DNA of 64,000 nucleotides from Eledone cirrhosa (GCA_964016885.1 OZ024743.1:158534001-158598000), one strand, 5' to 3'. Shown: positions 14,388-27,485, counted from the stretch's first letter. Notes: a model not told the origin generated them from the sequence alone. Made by a program: numbers and translations.

Positions 14388-17300
14388 CTATATGTAACAC
14401 TAACTTCAAAAAACGAGACAATCACTTGATCACCTATAGATCGGGGGAACACACAAGCCAGGTAGATTATATCCTTACCAGGAGACGTGACAGAGTGTCT
14501 GTTGTAAACACTAAATCCCTCCCCCATGAAGAATGCACCTCTCAACATAGACTCATAATTAGCGACCTCATAGTCAGGACGAGACGTACTCGACAACAGA
14601 AGAGGACTATCCTCAGGAGAAAAATATGGAAGTTAAAAGACCCCACAGCCAGTAATAAATTTAAAAGCATATTACTTGATGCTTTTGATAGTAAGGAAGA
14701 GCAATTAGTCGTACAATATAGAGGAACAGTGGGAATTCCTGAAAGCTAACCTGCTGAAGGCGACAGATGAAACCTGTGGCTGGAGCAGACCTATAGGCAG
14801 GAGGGGAGTAACTTAGTGGTGGAACAGTAAGGTGGAGGGGTCAATCAAGGCCAAAAAGCAGGCTTGGAAAGCATGGCGGGATGGGGAAGTAGAGAAGACT
14901 ATCAAGTGGCCAGGAGGGAAGCTAGGAGACAAGTGTACTTCGCAAGAAGGGAAGCAGAGGAAAGAAAGTTCAAGCATGTTCTACAACGCGAGGACCAAAA
15001 ACGTGAGGTGTTCAGGATTGCTAGGCAATGTGTCAAGGAAAACAGTGATATTGTCGGGGAGAAGTGTGTCCTTAATGTTGATGGTGTACTTGCCATCACT
15101 GACGCTGATAAGAAGGTAGCTTGGAAGTGTCACTACGAAAGGCTACTAAATGAGGAGAATAATTGTGAGAAAGATAGTCTCCCCCACATCGACCCAATAG
15201 AGGGACCAGCAGTGCAAGTTGAAGGTAGTATAATAAGTAAGGCGATCAAAGACATAAAGACGAGCAAGGCGGCCGGGCCTTCGGAAATAGTTGCTGAAAT
15301 GCTGAAAGCATCTGGAACGGTGGGACACACTATGGTCACTCGGATAGTAAACCAAGTCATACAGAATGGGGTCGTCCCGAAGGACTGGCGCAGCAGCATC
15401 ATCATTAACTGCTACAAGGGTAAAGATGATGCCCTAGATAGGGGAAACTATAGAGGCATTAAATTAATTGACCAGGTCATGAAGGTCACAGAAAAAGTAA
15501 TAGCGCAACTAATCAGAGAGCGAATTGATCTAGACGAAATGCAGTTCGGGTTTGTGTCAGGTAAAAGTACAACAGACGCTCTCTTCATTGTACGACAACT
15601 ACAGAAGTACCTAGCTAAAAGTAAACCCCTATACTTAGCTTTTGTTGACTTGGAGAAAGCCTTTGACAGAGTACCCCACTCGATTATCTGGTAGGCCCTT
15701 AGAAAACTAGGTGTTGATGAATGGCTTGTGAGAGCTATACAAGCCATGTATAAAGAAACAGTCAGCAAGGTTAGAATTAACAACGAATATAGTGAAGAGT
15801 TTAGCGTAAAAGTTGGTGTTCATCAGGGCTCTGTCCTTAGCCCCCTACTATTTATTATTGCCCTTCAGGCTATAACAGAGGAGTTCAAGACTGGCTGCCC
15901 ATGGAACTCCTATATGCAGATGATCTAACGCTCATAGCTGAATCAATGGCGGAACTAGAGAAGAAATTCCAAACATGGAAGCACGGCCTAGAATCAAAAG
16001 GCCTTAAAGTTAACTTGTCTAAGACTAAAGTTCTAGTTTGTAGGAAGGAAAATAGGGCACCGGTCCCATCTAGGAAATGGCCATGCTCAGTGTGTAGGAA
16101 AGGAGTAGGCAGAAACTCCATTTTATGTCCCAAATGCAAAGTATGGGTGCATAAAAAATGTAGTGGGATCACAGGTAAGCTAACTAAGAATATAGATTTT
16201 ATATGTGGCCGGTGCTCTGGTGCAATAAGTAGCAGCAAGTGCCCACAGAATACTAGCTCATTCCATTGCACAGATGGTTCTATAGAAATAGTGGACAGCT
16301 TCTGTTACCTGGGTGACAAAATCAGCAGTGGGGGAGGGTGCTCTGAAAGTACAGTAGTTAGAGTCAGAACGGGATGGAAAAAGTTCAGAGAGCTTATACC
16401 ACTATTGGCCGCTAAAGGGTTCTCTCTAAAAATGAAAGGCAGGCTGTATGATGCCTGCATATGAACAGCAATGTTACATGGCAGTGAGACCTGGGCATTG
16501 TGCGCAGAGGATATACGCAGACTGGAGAGAAACGAAGCTTGCATGCTCCGCTGGATGTGTAATAGTAATATACGTGAACGGCAAAGCATAAATGAACTAA
16601 GGGAGAAATTAGGAATAAGAGGGATCAGATGTTGTTTACTCGAGAGAAGACTACGTTGGTACGGTCACGTGATGCGCATGAAAGATGACAGCTGTATAAA
16701 AAAGTGCAGGGCGATAAAAATAGACGGTAGCCACGGAGTAGGCAAACCCAGAAAAACCTGGGCAGACTTGATAAATTCCGACCTCACACACTTACACCTC
16801 TCCAAGACAATGTCACTGGACCGAGATCTTTGGCGCTACACAGTTATACAGAAGACCCGCCTTACCTAAGTACAAAGCGAAACCTACAGTCAGTAGGCAC
16901 CTCTAACAAAATACACCCCCGTCCCACTACCCCCACCCCAGCTACACCACCCCCTTAAATGTGAAGTTATGTTGGTACCACAACATCCAGTCCGAAACAA
17001 ATGAGGTCGTGTAGGTGTCACGACAAAAAAACACACAGTCCACGCTGTAATGTGGCCGTGTAGGTAACACAGTAAAAACCTCCCAGTACACACTGTAAAC
17101 GTGGTTGGTGTTGGGAAGGGCACCCAGCCGTAGAAAACCCGCCAGACATGTAGGTGTCATGACAATAAAACACACAGTCCACGCTGTAATGTGGCTGTGT
17201 AGGTAACACGGTAAAAACCTCCCAGTCCACACTGTAAACGTGGTTGGTGTTAGGAAGGTCATCCAGCCGTAGAAAGCCCACCAGACAGTCCTGAGCAAGA

Positions 17301-17390
17301 CAACCAATCTTGCCTGAAGTGGGACAATTCCTGTCCAGACCCATGCTAGCGTAGAAAATGGACGTTAAACGATGATGAGGATGATGATGA
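14388..17390 (+). mobile_element. 5'-truncated RTE LINE (copy B), defective
   Basis: Colinear with copy A from the end of the endonuclease (ICNTNFKK) through RT (YADD, PHD-like Cys cluster) to the (GAT)n tail. Several stops and frameshifts. Confidence 0.93.
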
Positions 17391-17510
17391 TATATGTAAA
17401 AGTTCTATTTAAATTGTTGGGATACAACAAGCAAATATTTTTATAACTGATATAAAGCACTCAACAAATATTTGGAGTAAAAATACGATAGTTTCCATTT
17501 GTTAATATCG

Positions 17511-17551
<41 letters not shown>

Positions 17552-17832
17552 ATGTGCGCTGAAGTGTATGATAAAGTTATATCTGTATAAATACACTGTG
17601 TAACCGAGACTGCACCAACGTGTATAAATATATACATATATCTAATATGTGAGCATGCCAGAAAATATAAATTTCTCTGTAAATTGAAAAAAATGCTAAA
17701 TATCTTTAATTGATTTTCAGATATTATAGGACCCCTATCAGAAGATGTGTATCATCTAATCAACTTTAAGGAAACATGTATTTGATGGGTATATTACCCA
17801 TTCTTGGTATTATTCTGAAATGGCATACTAAT

Positions 17833-17863
<31 letters not shown>

Positions 17864-17869
17864 CTAAAT

Positions 17870-17921
<52 letters not shown>

Positions 17922-20292
17922 TTTGGCTTTTGGAGTTGCATATTCAAAATTATTTCTCTGTAGGTTCATAGATTGTGATTAATGCTAAGTCTTTTTTTGT
18001 AAATGGAGACCACACCCTACTTTTGATTTCTGATTGCTATGATTTCATGTAGTACCATAACAATCTTTGGTAAAAGCAAAAAATGAATAAACCAACAAAA
18101 AATTATCATTTTACTTTCTTGTAAAATTTGAGACTTAATTCATAGATGGAATATATGACTATTCTGTGCGTGTTCTACTTAATAAAATCAGTTGGAGAGG
18201 GAGGTAGAAAGAGTGAGAGATGATAACATCGATTTTTTTATTTTTATTTTTATTTTATTTTTTATTTTTTTATTTCTTAAGTATACTATTCCAGTATTGT
18301 AAACTGTTTTACAAGCAGATTGGATTTTGTAGAAATGGTTCAAATTTCTCTAGCGGGTTAATTTAGAGTATTAATTTTTTCAAATTATCCAATAAACAGT
18401 TTTATTAATTATAAATTTCTGTTTATGGCATCCTTTAATCTGTTAAGAACTTGAGAATTACTGCCACATGGATCCAAACAGTATATCTATTTTGTGGTAG
18501 ATATAATTGACACATTTAATAAATGGATCATGGCAAGGAAAAAAGAAATAATAAAAATATTTAAAAAAATAATATTATTTGATGACTTTTTTTTATTAAC
18601 TGACCAAATTGTTTGACTCATTTTCTATACATCAAAATTTGTCAACTAATCTATTAGAAATAAACCTGTCATAGTTGTCCTGTGCCTGCAAACAAAAACT
18701 AAACTTAATCATGGCATGTAAATTTTAGAGATTAATTCTTAATTTGTTGAAATAATCCCCCCCCTCTTTATTTTACTAAGAGGAAAATTTCTGTTAATAA
18801 AGAATTATTTGTGTATGACATTCAGCACATTACACCATAATTATTCCTCTTAGTTAATGATTTATTTCCATTTTTCTGGTAAGTACTGGAGACAAATGTG
18901 GACATGTTTTCATCTTATTCTGACTTTTTCAACCAATTAGAATATTAACTAAACTTGATGAAGTATTGATAAAATGAATTCCTAAGTAGATGTGCAAGAT
19001 TATACATGTGTTGGCATAGGAGAATTGCTTAGGTTTATTTAAACATTAATTTATTCAGAGATACAATCTCTGAATGAAAAGTAATATGTAAAGTTAATAT
19101 TAAAATGTTTAAAGCATGACACATTAAAAAGCAAACTAGAAACAATTACATATTGAGGAAAAACATTGCTAGTCAATGACTAATAATATAATAGCTGGTT
19201 CAGGAGACAATCCCATACATTTTTCAGTCTTATTCTGATCTCATCAGCGAAGCAACCTTTGAGGTAATCTGATGTGCTTCTGTTTACGTTTGGCTGATTA
19301 GTTGGGTTTTATTATAGTTATCATGATGGCATTTGGATATATTATGATGTGATATTTTTGTGCAGAGCAGTGATATTGCTTTGTTCCATTCATGTGGAGC
19401 ATGTTATGTTCAATGATTGATTAGTAGATATCAAAATGGTCAGAAAAATTTTTTTTTTCAATTTCCATAGATATCTGGACAATACTATGGTGTTGTTGTC
19501 TCTTTCTAATTCTTCAAAGTGGATTTATAAAATAAGTGTTTAGAGGCATTAATTTTTTAAGGGTTAGCTTTGCTGGCCCTATAACAAGCTTCTCCATTGT
19601 TCCCTATCTTCTACATCTCCCTTCACCAATCACCTGGCTTTCATTTTCTCCTACATCACAGGTTCTCAACCCATTTAGGCCAAACGCCCCCTTTTGTCCC
19701 TTGAAATCACGAAACGCCCCCCCCCCCCCCTACCTTATTTTTCCATTTTTCAATATACTACTGATTTTGATATCAGTAGATTACTAAAAAGTTGATTAAC
19801 AATATTCAGGCAGCTGAGAGTATAAATACATTCCTTGAAAGGAAATATATAAATTTCAAAAAAAGGAACATAAATGTTCTTTTTTTATGAATAAGGACCA
19901 GTTGAATTTGTTATATTCCCACCAGGCGATACCAGCTATTTTGAACATTTATACAAGAGCATCTCTGTCTATTCCAAGAGTGCTCTTATCTGGAAGAAAG
20001 TGGCAATTATATCATTTCAAAGCTTTCCAATTTTCCCTTTAATGAAATGACAGAATAAATGTTGATATCAAACTTGATGTCCCCCTGCTTTGTGAGCTGA
20101 GAGACCACAGAAGAGAGTTTTCATGACCACGTGGGAGGGTATATTTATTAGTAAATGAGTAATTGAATTGTAGTAGATGGTTTCCAGTCCAGTCAGACTG
20201 CAACTACAAATAAAGAAATTGTTAGTTTGCTTTGTAACAATAGCATATCCAAGTTTTCGGATAAATCAACTTACTTTAACTTTGATTTCATT

Positions 20293-21358
20293 TCAATGGG
20301 ACCCTTGAGCTTCATGGAGTCTAGCTAACTCTTTGACGTGAGGCTGTATTTTCCTAAGATGTAGCTGGAGATCTCCATGTGTAATTACATTGTAGCGGTT
20401 GCAAGCCTTACTGTGTAGTCTGGAAACAACACCAAACCTCCTCTCGACTAAGTATGAGCTTGGAAAAGGCAGAGAAAATCTCTTAGCCTCTGCATGTAGG
20501 TGTGGAAATCAAAGCTGAATTTCCTCTTGCATCCCAAAAAGGGGTTCACCTATTTTGGGAAATCTAATTTTGATCATGTCATCTGCTTGAAGTTCAATGC
20601 ATTCTTCCTGAAATTTAACGTCCAAATCGTCGAAGTTAGCTATGAAAGCATCTGCTATCCACATTGGGATGTTCATCGGCAAAAGGTCGACAAACTGTTC
20701 TCTCATGTTGTCTTGTAGCGCACGGAGGTGAGTGGTATAAATTTGGAGTTGGTCATTGCTTACAATGTTTTGAACATTGGCGACACTAGGAAAATTATAG
20801 AATTCCCGTCAATAAAGATTTCTTTCGATGACATACAATTTAGCCAGGAATGTTTTCACAGCATTCCTTGCTTTAAGCAAGGTGATCTTCTTCCCCTGCA
20901 AAGCCAAAATGACGCTATTGCATTTGTCGAAGATGTTGGTGAGGTAGGCGCAGTCTTGCCTCACATCGAGGGTTTTCTTGTACAGTTCTGTGTTGCGTCC
21001 TCGCAGAAACTCAATTTTAGAGTCGAAGAGTTCAAAGAAGTGAGTAAAGCACTTGCCCTTTGAAAGCCACCTCACTTCAGTATGAAGGAGCAACTTGACG
21101 AATTCTTCGTCATTATCTTGGCACAGTTGCTGGAAAATTCGTTCATTGAGGGAATGCCGTTTGATAAAATTGATGACATCAATGGCCACCTGCAAGGACT
21201 TGCTCAGAGGCTTGCTGAATTTCTTCACAGCCAAGTGTTGTCGATGAATGACACAATAAACAGCAAATACAGATAGATTTTTCTCTCTTCAGAAGAGTGA
21301 TGAAGCCCTTATGTTGGCCGACCATTGCTCTTGCGTCGTCCGTAGCACATGAAACAAT
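20293..21358 (-). pseudogene. hAT transposase C-terminal half (Buster/ZBED5/SCAND3-like), frameshifted
   Basis: CATDDARAM, CVIHRQHLA, LLHTEVRWLSKG, FPSSYLVE and terminal ...QGSH* motifs. Confidence 0.9.
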
Positions 21359-21800
21359 GTGTGTTGTATGTGGTCCTAGATGTATGTATTACCTGCCTGT
21401 GTGTTGTATGTAGTCATAGATGTATGTATTACCTCCTTATGCGTTGTATGTGGTCCTAGATGTATGTATTACCTGATTGTGTTGTATGTGGTCCTAGATG
21501 TTTGTATTACCTGATTATGTGTTGTATGTGGTCCTAGATGTTTGTATTACCTGCTTATGTGTTGTATGTGGTCCTAGATGTATGTATTACCTGCCTGTGT
21601 GTTTTATGTGGTTCTAGATGTGCGTGTGCTACCTCCTTATGTGTTGCATGTAGTCCTAGATGTGTGTATTACCTGCTTATGTGTTGTATGTGGTCCTATA
21701 TGTGTGTATTACCTGCTTATGTGTTGTATGTGGTCCTAGATGTGTGTATTACCTGCTTATGTGTTGTATGTGGTCCTAGATGTGTGTGCTACCCACTTCT
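21357..21800. repeat. 40-bp minisatellite, about 11 copies
   Basis: Unit close to GTGTTGTATGTGGTCCTAGATGTATGTATTACCTGCTTAT. Confidence 0.95.
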
Positions 21801-22927
21801 GTGTTTTCTTTCTTTTTTTTTTATTTGTAATATTATTTATACACTAGGGAATAAAATAGATCTACATAGTGTTAACTCGTTATGGTTGAGTCAATAATTT
21901 CAGACATGAAATACATTGTTATCGGTGAAGGAAAGATAAGATTCTAACTGGCTGCGCTCAAAGTGTCCTTGACCCAGTTGACTGTGGGATTTTTCATTTT
22001 TAGGATCTCAATTACCGGTTAATGTCTAGACATGCCTTCACAGCTGCTCACAGCTGCGGTCAGACTATAGTTATGCTGCCTGCAAGCTCATTCAAATGCA
22101 TTCACACTGGCTGTCTCAAAGACATACAAATATGGCTTATAAAACTTACCAAAGTAAAGAGTCTTCCAGCCCCCCCCCCCCCCCCCCCCCTCAAGCTCCA
22201 AACACCCTCCTAACGCGACCTTGCTCCCAAACGCCCCCTAGTGGTGCATATGCCCCCCTGTTGAGAACCTTTGTCCTACATCTTCTTTAACCATACCTTT
22301 CTTGGCCTTCTTCCCTTTTTACTTCCTTCCATTCATTTCCATTGTTCCTTTCACCCAATCACTTTTATCCAACCTCAATGCATTATCTAGCCATCTTATC
22401 ATTCCATTTATTATCGTAACATTCAGCACTGGCTCTAATTTCGTCACCCATTCTCTGAGTAATATTTTGTTCATTCACCAAATGATTTTACTTTGGCTCA
22501 TTCTAACCTTCTCTGCTACTCCATGTTCAACTCCTATACCTATAAATGCACATATAAATTGCTCTGGTAAACAAGTCACATTTCTATTTTACATAGAACA
22601 TTTAAAATCTATCATCTATTTTGAATTGAGGTCTTGTATGTCTAGTATGTAAGTCACATGCTAGTTTTTCTCTGTATTTTCATGGAAAAAGGTATGACTT
22701 TACACGAGTGTATATGGTATATATATATATATATATATACTTTTAGTGCTAAACAAAATCTATTCAATATATGTAGTAGAGTTAATATGCATATGTGTAT
22801 GTGTCTTTGTCATTAAAAATTCCATTAGCAACTCACTCAACTAATAAATATCTACTTTATGCAAGTTTTTAATTGCTTTGTACATAAGTATTATATATAT
22901 ATATATATCTAAATATGTGTGTGTATG

Positions 22928-23075
22928 GAGGTGCATGTCATAGTGGTTAGGGTATTCAGCTCGAGCTTAAAGTTGTGAGTTTGGTTCCTGGACTGGGTGG
23001 CATATTGTATTCTTGAGCAAGACACTTTATTTCACGTTGCTTTAGTATGTTCAGCTGGCAAAATGAGTTCTCCGC
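22928..23075 (+). mobile_element. tRNA-derived SINE head with CORE-like segment
   Basis: A-box-like TAGTGGTTAGG, B-box-like GAGTTTGGTTCC, then TTCTTGAGCAAGACACTTTATTTCAC. Confidence 0.7.
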
Positions 23076-23291
23076 AAAATGAGTTCTCCCTGTAATTTAT
23101 TGGGTTAAACTTGTCGCACATTATTTCATGCTGAATCTCCCTGAGAACTATGTTAAGGATGCACGTCTCTATGATGTGGAATGCTAAGTCACACATTAAT
23201 TTCACGAATGGGCAGTTCTGTTGATTGAATCAACTGTAGCACTTGTCAGAAATGACGGAGGTCCAATACACATGCACACACCCGTCTTTAA

Positions 23292-23499
23292 CCCTTTAGC
23301 ATTTAAACCAGCTGTATCCGGCCAGAATTCTCTCACCTCTTTCTGTTTAAACCAGTTGTAACTGGCCCCTCATACCGATGTTAAAGTATTGTTCTCAAAA
23401 TGAATAATATTAAAATCTCATAGATTTGATATTATGTGAGGTAAAGCCTTTACCATAATAATATAATAGTAAATATAGAGTAATGTAAATACTAAAGGG
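23292..23499. mobile_element. piggyBac-type MITE (208 bp)
   Basis: TTAA on both sides. TIR CCCTTTAGCATTTA / TAAATACTAAAGGG (13/14 match). A second, inverted and degraded copy lies at about 26675-26850. Confidence 0.85.
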
Positions 23500-23651
23500 T
23501 TAAAATATATAAATATAGTTTGATTAAAATGTTTTTATTAATAAGCAACATATTATGAGTTTCTGTTATGAACATTTAGATTTTTTTGATTTCTATGAGT
23601 GGAGTGGAAACAAATGTGGTGTGCCCTTGATATTGACTCCACTTTTCTGCT

Positions 23652-24013
23652 TACTCTCAGGTCTCGAATAATTTTTGAGATTTTTTCCAACCCCCTCGCT
23701 CTTATTCCAACCCACCCACGTATTAAATTTTGCTAATCTATCTCTGCTGAAATTTTATTGTAAGTGGTAGCATTCCTGCTATAATTAATTTTCTTTAGAC
23801 ATTAAAAACATTATATATAACAAAAAAAAAAAGAACATTACAAGAAATCTCATACATTATAAAATAAATAACATGGGTTGGGATCTCAATATGTAAACTA
23901 AATGATTAATTCTATTTATTTTTTTAAATTCAAGGGAAACAACCTAGAAAAATTATAAATTTTCAAACCCTCTTATTTCCACCACCCCACTCATTATTTG
24001 GGACCTGTAAGTA
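23652..24013. mobile_element. TA-bounded MITE (Tc1/mariner/pogo-type)
   Basis: TACTCTCAGGTCTCGAATAAT versus the reverse complement of the right end TACTTACAGGTCCCAAATAAT (17/21 match). Confidence 0.65.
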
Positions 24014-24269
24014 AGCAATATCTAAATGGTTATTTATTATATAAGTGTAAATTATAGACATAAATAGAGTGGTGGATTTCGATTAGTTGTTAGAGTGTCA
24101 GACAAATGCGTGGCAGTATTTGTTCTGGATCTTTACATTCTGCATTCAAATCCCACAGGTTAACTTTCATCCATTTCAGGGTTGATAAAATTAAGTACCA
24201 ATCAAGTATTGGGGTTGATTTAATGAACTTTTCCCTCCCCTAAATTATTGACCTTGTACTTCATCATTT

Positions 24270-24617
24270 TTTTCATCATTTCATTTTACGTCCGCTTTTC
24301 CCTGCATTCCCTGCTTGCAAGGGTGGGACGGGAACTGATTTTGGCTTGGTTTCTACAGCTGGATGCCCTTCCTAACACCAACCTCATTTACAGTGAATGC
24401 TGGGTGCTTTTTTGCCGTGGCACCTCCACGACCACTTTACAGTGGAATGATAGGGACTGGGGTCCCTATCATCTCATTTCTACAGCTGAGTAAACTGGAG
24501 CAATGTGAAATAAAGTGCCTTGCTCAAGGAAACAACACATCACCCGGTCTGAGAATTGAACTCACAACCTCTCGATTGCCAGCCCAATGCTCTAACCACT
24601 AAGCCATGTGCCTTCTA
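24270..24617 (-). mobile_element. SINE: tRNA/CORE-like head fused to RTE 3' tail
   Basis: Head at 24617-24455. Tail matches the 3' UTR modules of RTE copy A. Near-identical copy at 33470-33816. Confidence 0.8.
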
Positions 24618-25097
24618 CTTAAAGTAGAAATTATTATAAGGGTGGTAGATTGGCAAAATGTTTTTAGCATTTAGTTACAGCCCATCATTCTTCTGGGCTT
24701 GATAAAATAATATACCAATAATATACCAATAAATTACTGGGGTTAATTTGATCGGCATTAGCTTCACTGAAAGTTACTGGCCTTTTGCCTATGTTAGAAA
24801 CAATTATATACATCTCCTCAGCGCATATGAACTTAGCCAGATTTGCAAACTTTATTTGGTTATTTGTCTGAAACCTTGAAAACAAAGTCAAGGTTACATC
24901 ATTAGAACTTGTTTGGTTTCATATAGACTAGAAAAAAACTTGTTAATTAATGAATTCTAATAACAAATATACTATTCTAATTAAGGTTTGAATTTCAGTA
25001 ATTGTGTTTTTTATCTTTTCTTTTGTTTTACTTTTCTTATTTTTATGCTTTGTATGAAAATTATTTTGTGTGTGTGCATGCGCGCATGTGTACATAC

Positions 25098-25378
25098 ACA
25101 TCATCATCATCATCATTATTTTATGACCGCTCTTCCCTGCTTGCAAGGGTGGGACGGGTTTTATTTAGCACACCATCTCTCCACTTGTCACGGTCCTTCG
25201 TCATCTCCACCGTGAGCTTCAGCGATCTGAGGTCTGTTCTCACCACCTCTGCCCATGTTTTTCGTGGTCTACCTCTACCACGTCTTCCTTCAACTGGCAT
25301 TTCCTGGCACTTCTTCACCCATGCGCATCACATGTCCATACCACTTCAGTCTCCTCTCCCGTACACTACATTCTATCC
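25098..25378 (-). mobile_element. RTE LINE 3' fragment (different subfamily)
   Basis: KKCQEMPVEGRRGRGRPRKTWAEVV...RDKWR followed by a (GAT)n tail. Confidence 0.85.
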
Positions 25379-25507
25379 CTAGATATATATTATTCAAGTG
25401 AGGGAAGTTGGTTGATCCAATAATCCACCGACTTTGGTCGCAAACAGACGTAAAGCACTCTACAACTTGTCTTAAAGTATTATCAATAAGGTATCAACTA
25501 GAATTTC

Positions 25508-25557
25508 TATTATAAAGAAGAGAGACAGTTTTAAAACCGTCTCTCTTCTTTATAATA
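25508..25557. repeat. 50-bp spacerless palindrome with one mismatch
   Basis: TATTATAAAGAAGAGAGACAGTTTT|AAAACCGTCTCTCTTCTTTATAATA. Confidence 0.92.
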
Positions 25558-25744
25558 TATATATATATACATGATGGGTTTCAATACAGTTTCCATCTAT
25601 TTATCACACATGGTATTGGTCCAGGCATGGTTACAGTAGAAAACATTTGTTCATGGTGCCATGCAGTGACATGGAACCTGAAACCATGTGATTATGAAGA
25701 GAACTTGTTAACCATGCAGCCATCGCTGTGCCTATATACATACA

Positions 25745-25790
<46 letters not shown>

Positions 25791-27412
25791 GTAATTTTCA
25801 TTTAGAGGCTTATATGTTTGTGTGTGTGTGTGTGTGTGTGTACACACACACACACACACACACACACATAATGCACACACATAATGCACACACATAATGC
25901 ACACACATATACCTCTTGTTTTCATTATATATACATACATATATGTGCATATACATGTGTGTGTGTGTTTAAATGAGAATTACTTCATTGCATGTTAACA
26001 GGAGTGGGCTGTTCTAGAATTTTGATTTCCCTTTCATAATGACTTCAGACACTAAAACATTAAAATGAAAATACAAAAAAAATAAGTTTAAAGTAGCTTG
26101 GAATGCAATGAGAAATTATTTTGTTTTTTTCTTTTTGGCTTTACATGTAACAGTTTTAGGAGGTAGGTATTTATTGGCTTGTATTAGAAATAAATATTGG
26201 AGTTTCTCACTCCACCTATTTTATTGGTACTCCAAACCTTTGCTTTTCAGAACTGCCTACTTCCATACTATCTCCATACAGGCTCACCTCATGCACTAGT
26301 TTCTTTTTTCCTCTTGTCATTCACTGTGTATATCCCCACTCCCCACACTGTCGTACTCCAGCATTGTTGTGGTTACAGCTTACACTTTTGCAGGTTCAGT
26401 TGGCATGCTATTAGGTTGCATCTCAAAGAGGTTTCTTGGGTATGTTAATGATTGCGTTCCCAATCTGATCATTAAAAGACTCCTGCCTGACCCTAGACCA
26501 ATGCCCCTAGACTGTTGCAGAGGTGAAAGTCCAGCTACTGTTGGTGGTGCTCATTTGTTTTCAGCTGAGTGAACTGGTGCAATATGAAATGAAGCGTCTC
26601 GTACAAAGGTACAGTTCGCTCCTCGATCCAGGCATCGAATCCACAATTTTATGAGTGTGAGTCTAACACCATAACCCTTTAGTATTTACATTACTCTATA
26701 TTTACTATTGTATTTTCATGGTAAAGGCTTTATCTCACATAAATCTTACACAACATTGAATCTATGAGATTTTGTTGTTATTTATTTGTGAACAATACCT
26801 TAACATCAGTATGAGTGGCCAGTTATGACCAGTTTAAATGCTAAACAGTTGAGGACTATTCACAATCCTTCTTTTCTAGTATCTCAACACTGTATAAATC
26901 TCTTTCCACCTTTTTTTTCCTGCAAGCATCTCCTTATATTTATTCAAACACAGCATCAGCTGTATCAATCTCCCCAGTTTATAACCCCCCCCAAAAAAAA
27001 TCTGCTTCCTATTGAGTTAACAGGAGGCAGGTCAATGTGTTGTTGTTTGACTCATCCTCTGTTCTCATCAAGCATACATGATCAAAACGTTCCAGCTATG
27101 ACTATCCCATGTTTTTTTTTAATATCCATAACTACATTGTGTATTTTTCTTTAAGTATGATTTTAGATGTTGGTTACTATTTCAAATAGGTTGAGAAACT
27201 GTGAAGGCTCCTTTGTAATCTTGTAGTTGACTGGTTCAAGTGTTGAGTTTATATTCCCTTGATTAGTGCTGCATTATGTCACTAGTTACTTAATTTTCAT
27301 TGGCATCATCTTATATAGCTGTAAGAGATACATTTGGAACATTGGGAAATTGAACTGCTGGTTTGTTATTAGTCAACTTTCAGTGCTATTCACAAATCCT
27401 GTCATTAAGATG

Positions 27413-27432
27413 TATTCTCCGGTCCCAAGTAA

Positions 27433-27485
<53 letters not shown>

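Larger units (their letters stand above)
19657..22273 (-). mobile_element. hAT (Charlie/Buster-type) DNA transposon, both ends intact
   Basis: TIRs CACAGGTTCTCAAC / GTTGAGAACCTTTG. 8-bp TSD TCCTACAT at 19649-19656 and 22274-22281. Confidence 0.93.

Noticed and set aside
21357-21800. Regular 40-bp array resembling CRISPR
   Set aside because: Contiguous tandem units without unique spacers, no cas genes, eukaryotic transposon context.
22928-23000. tRNA-like sequences here and at 24540-24617, 31676-31770 and 33740-33816
   Set aside because: SINE heads with degenerate cloverleafs that continue into SINE bodies.
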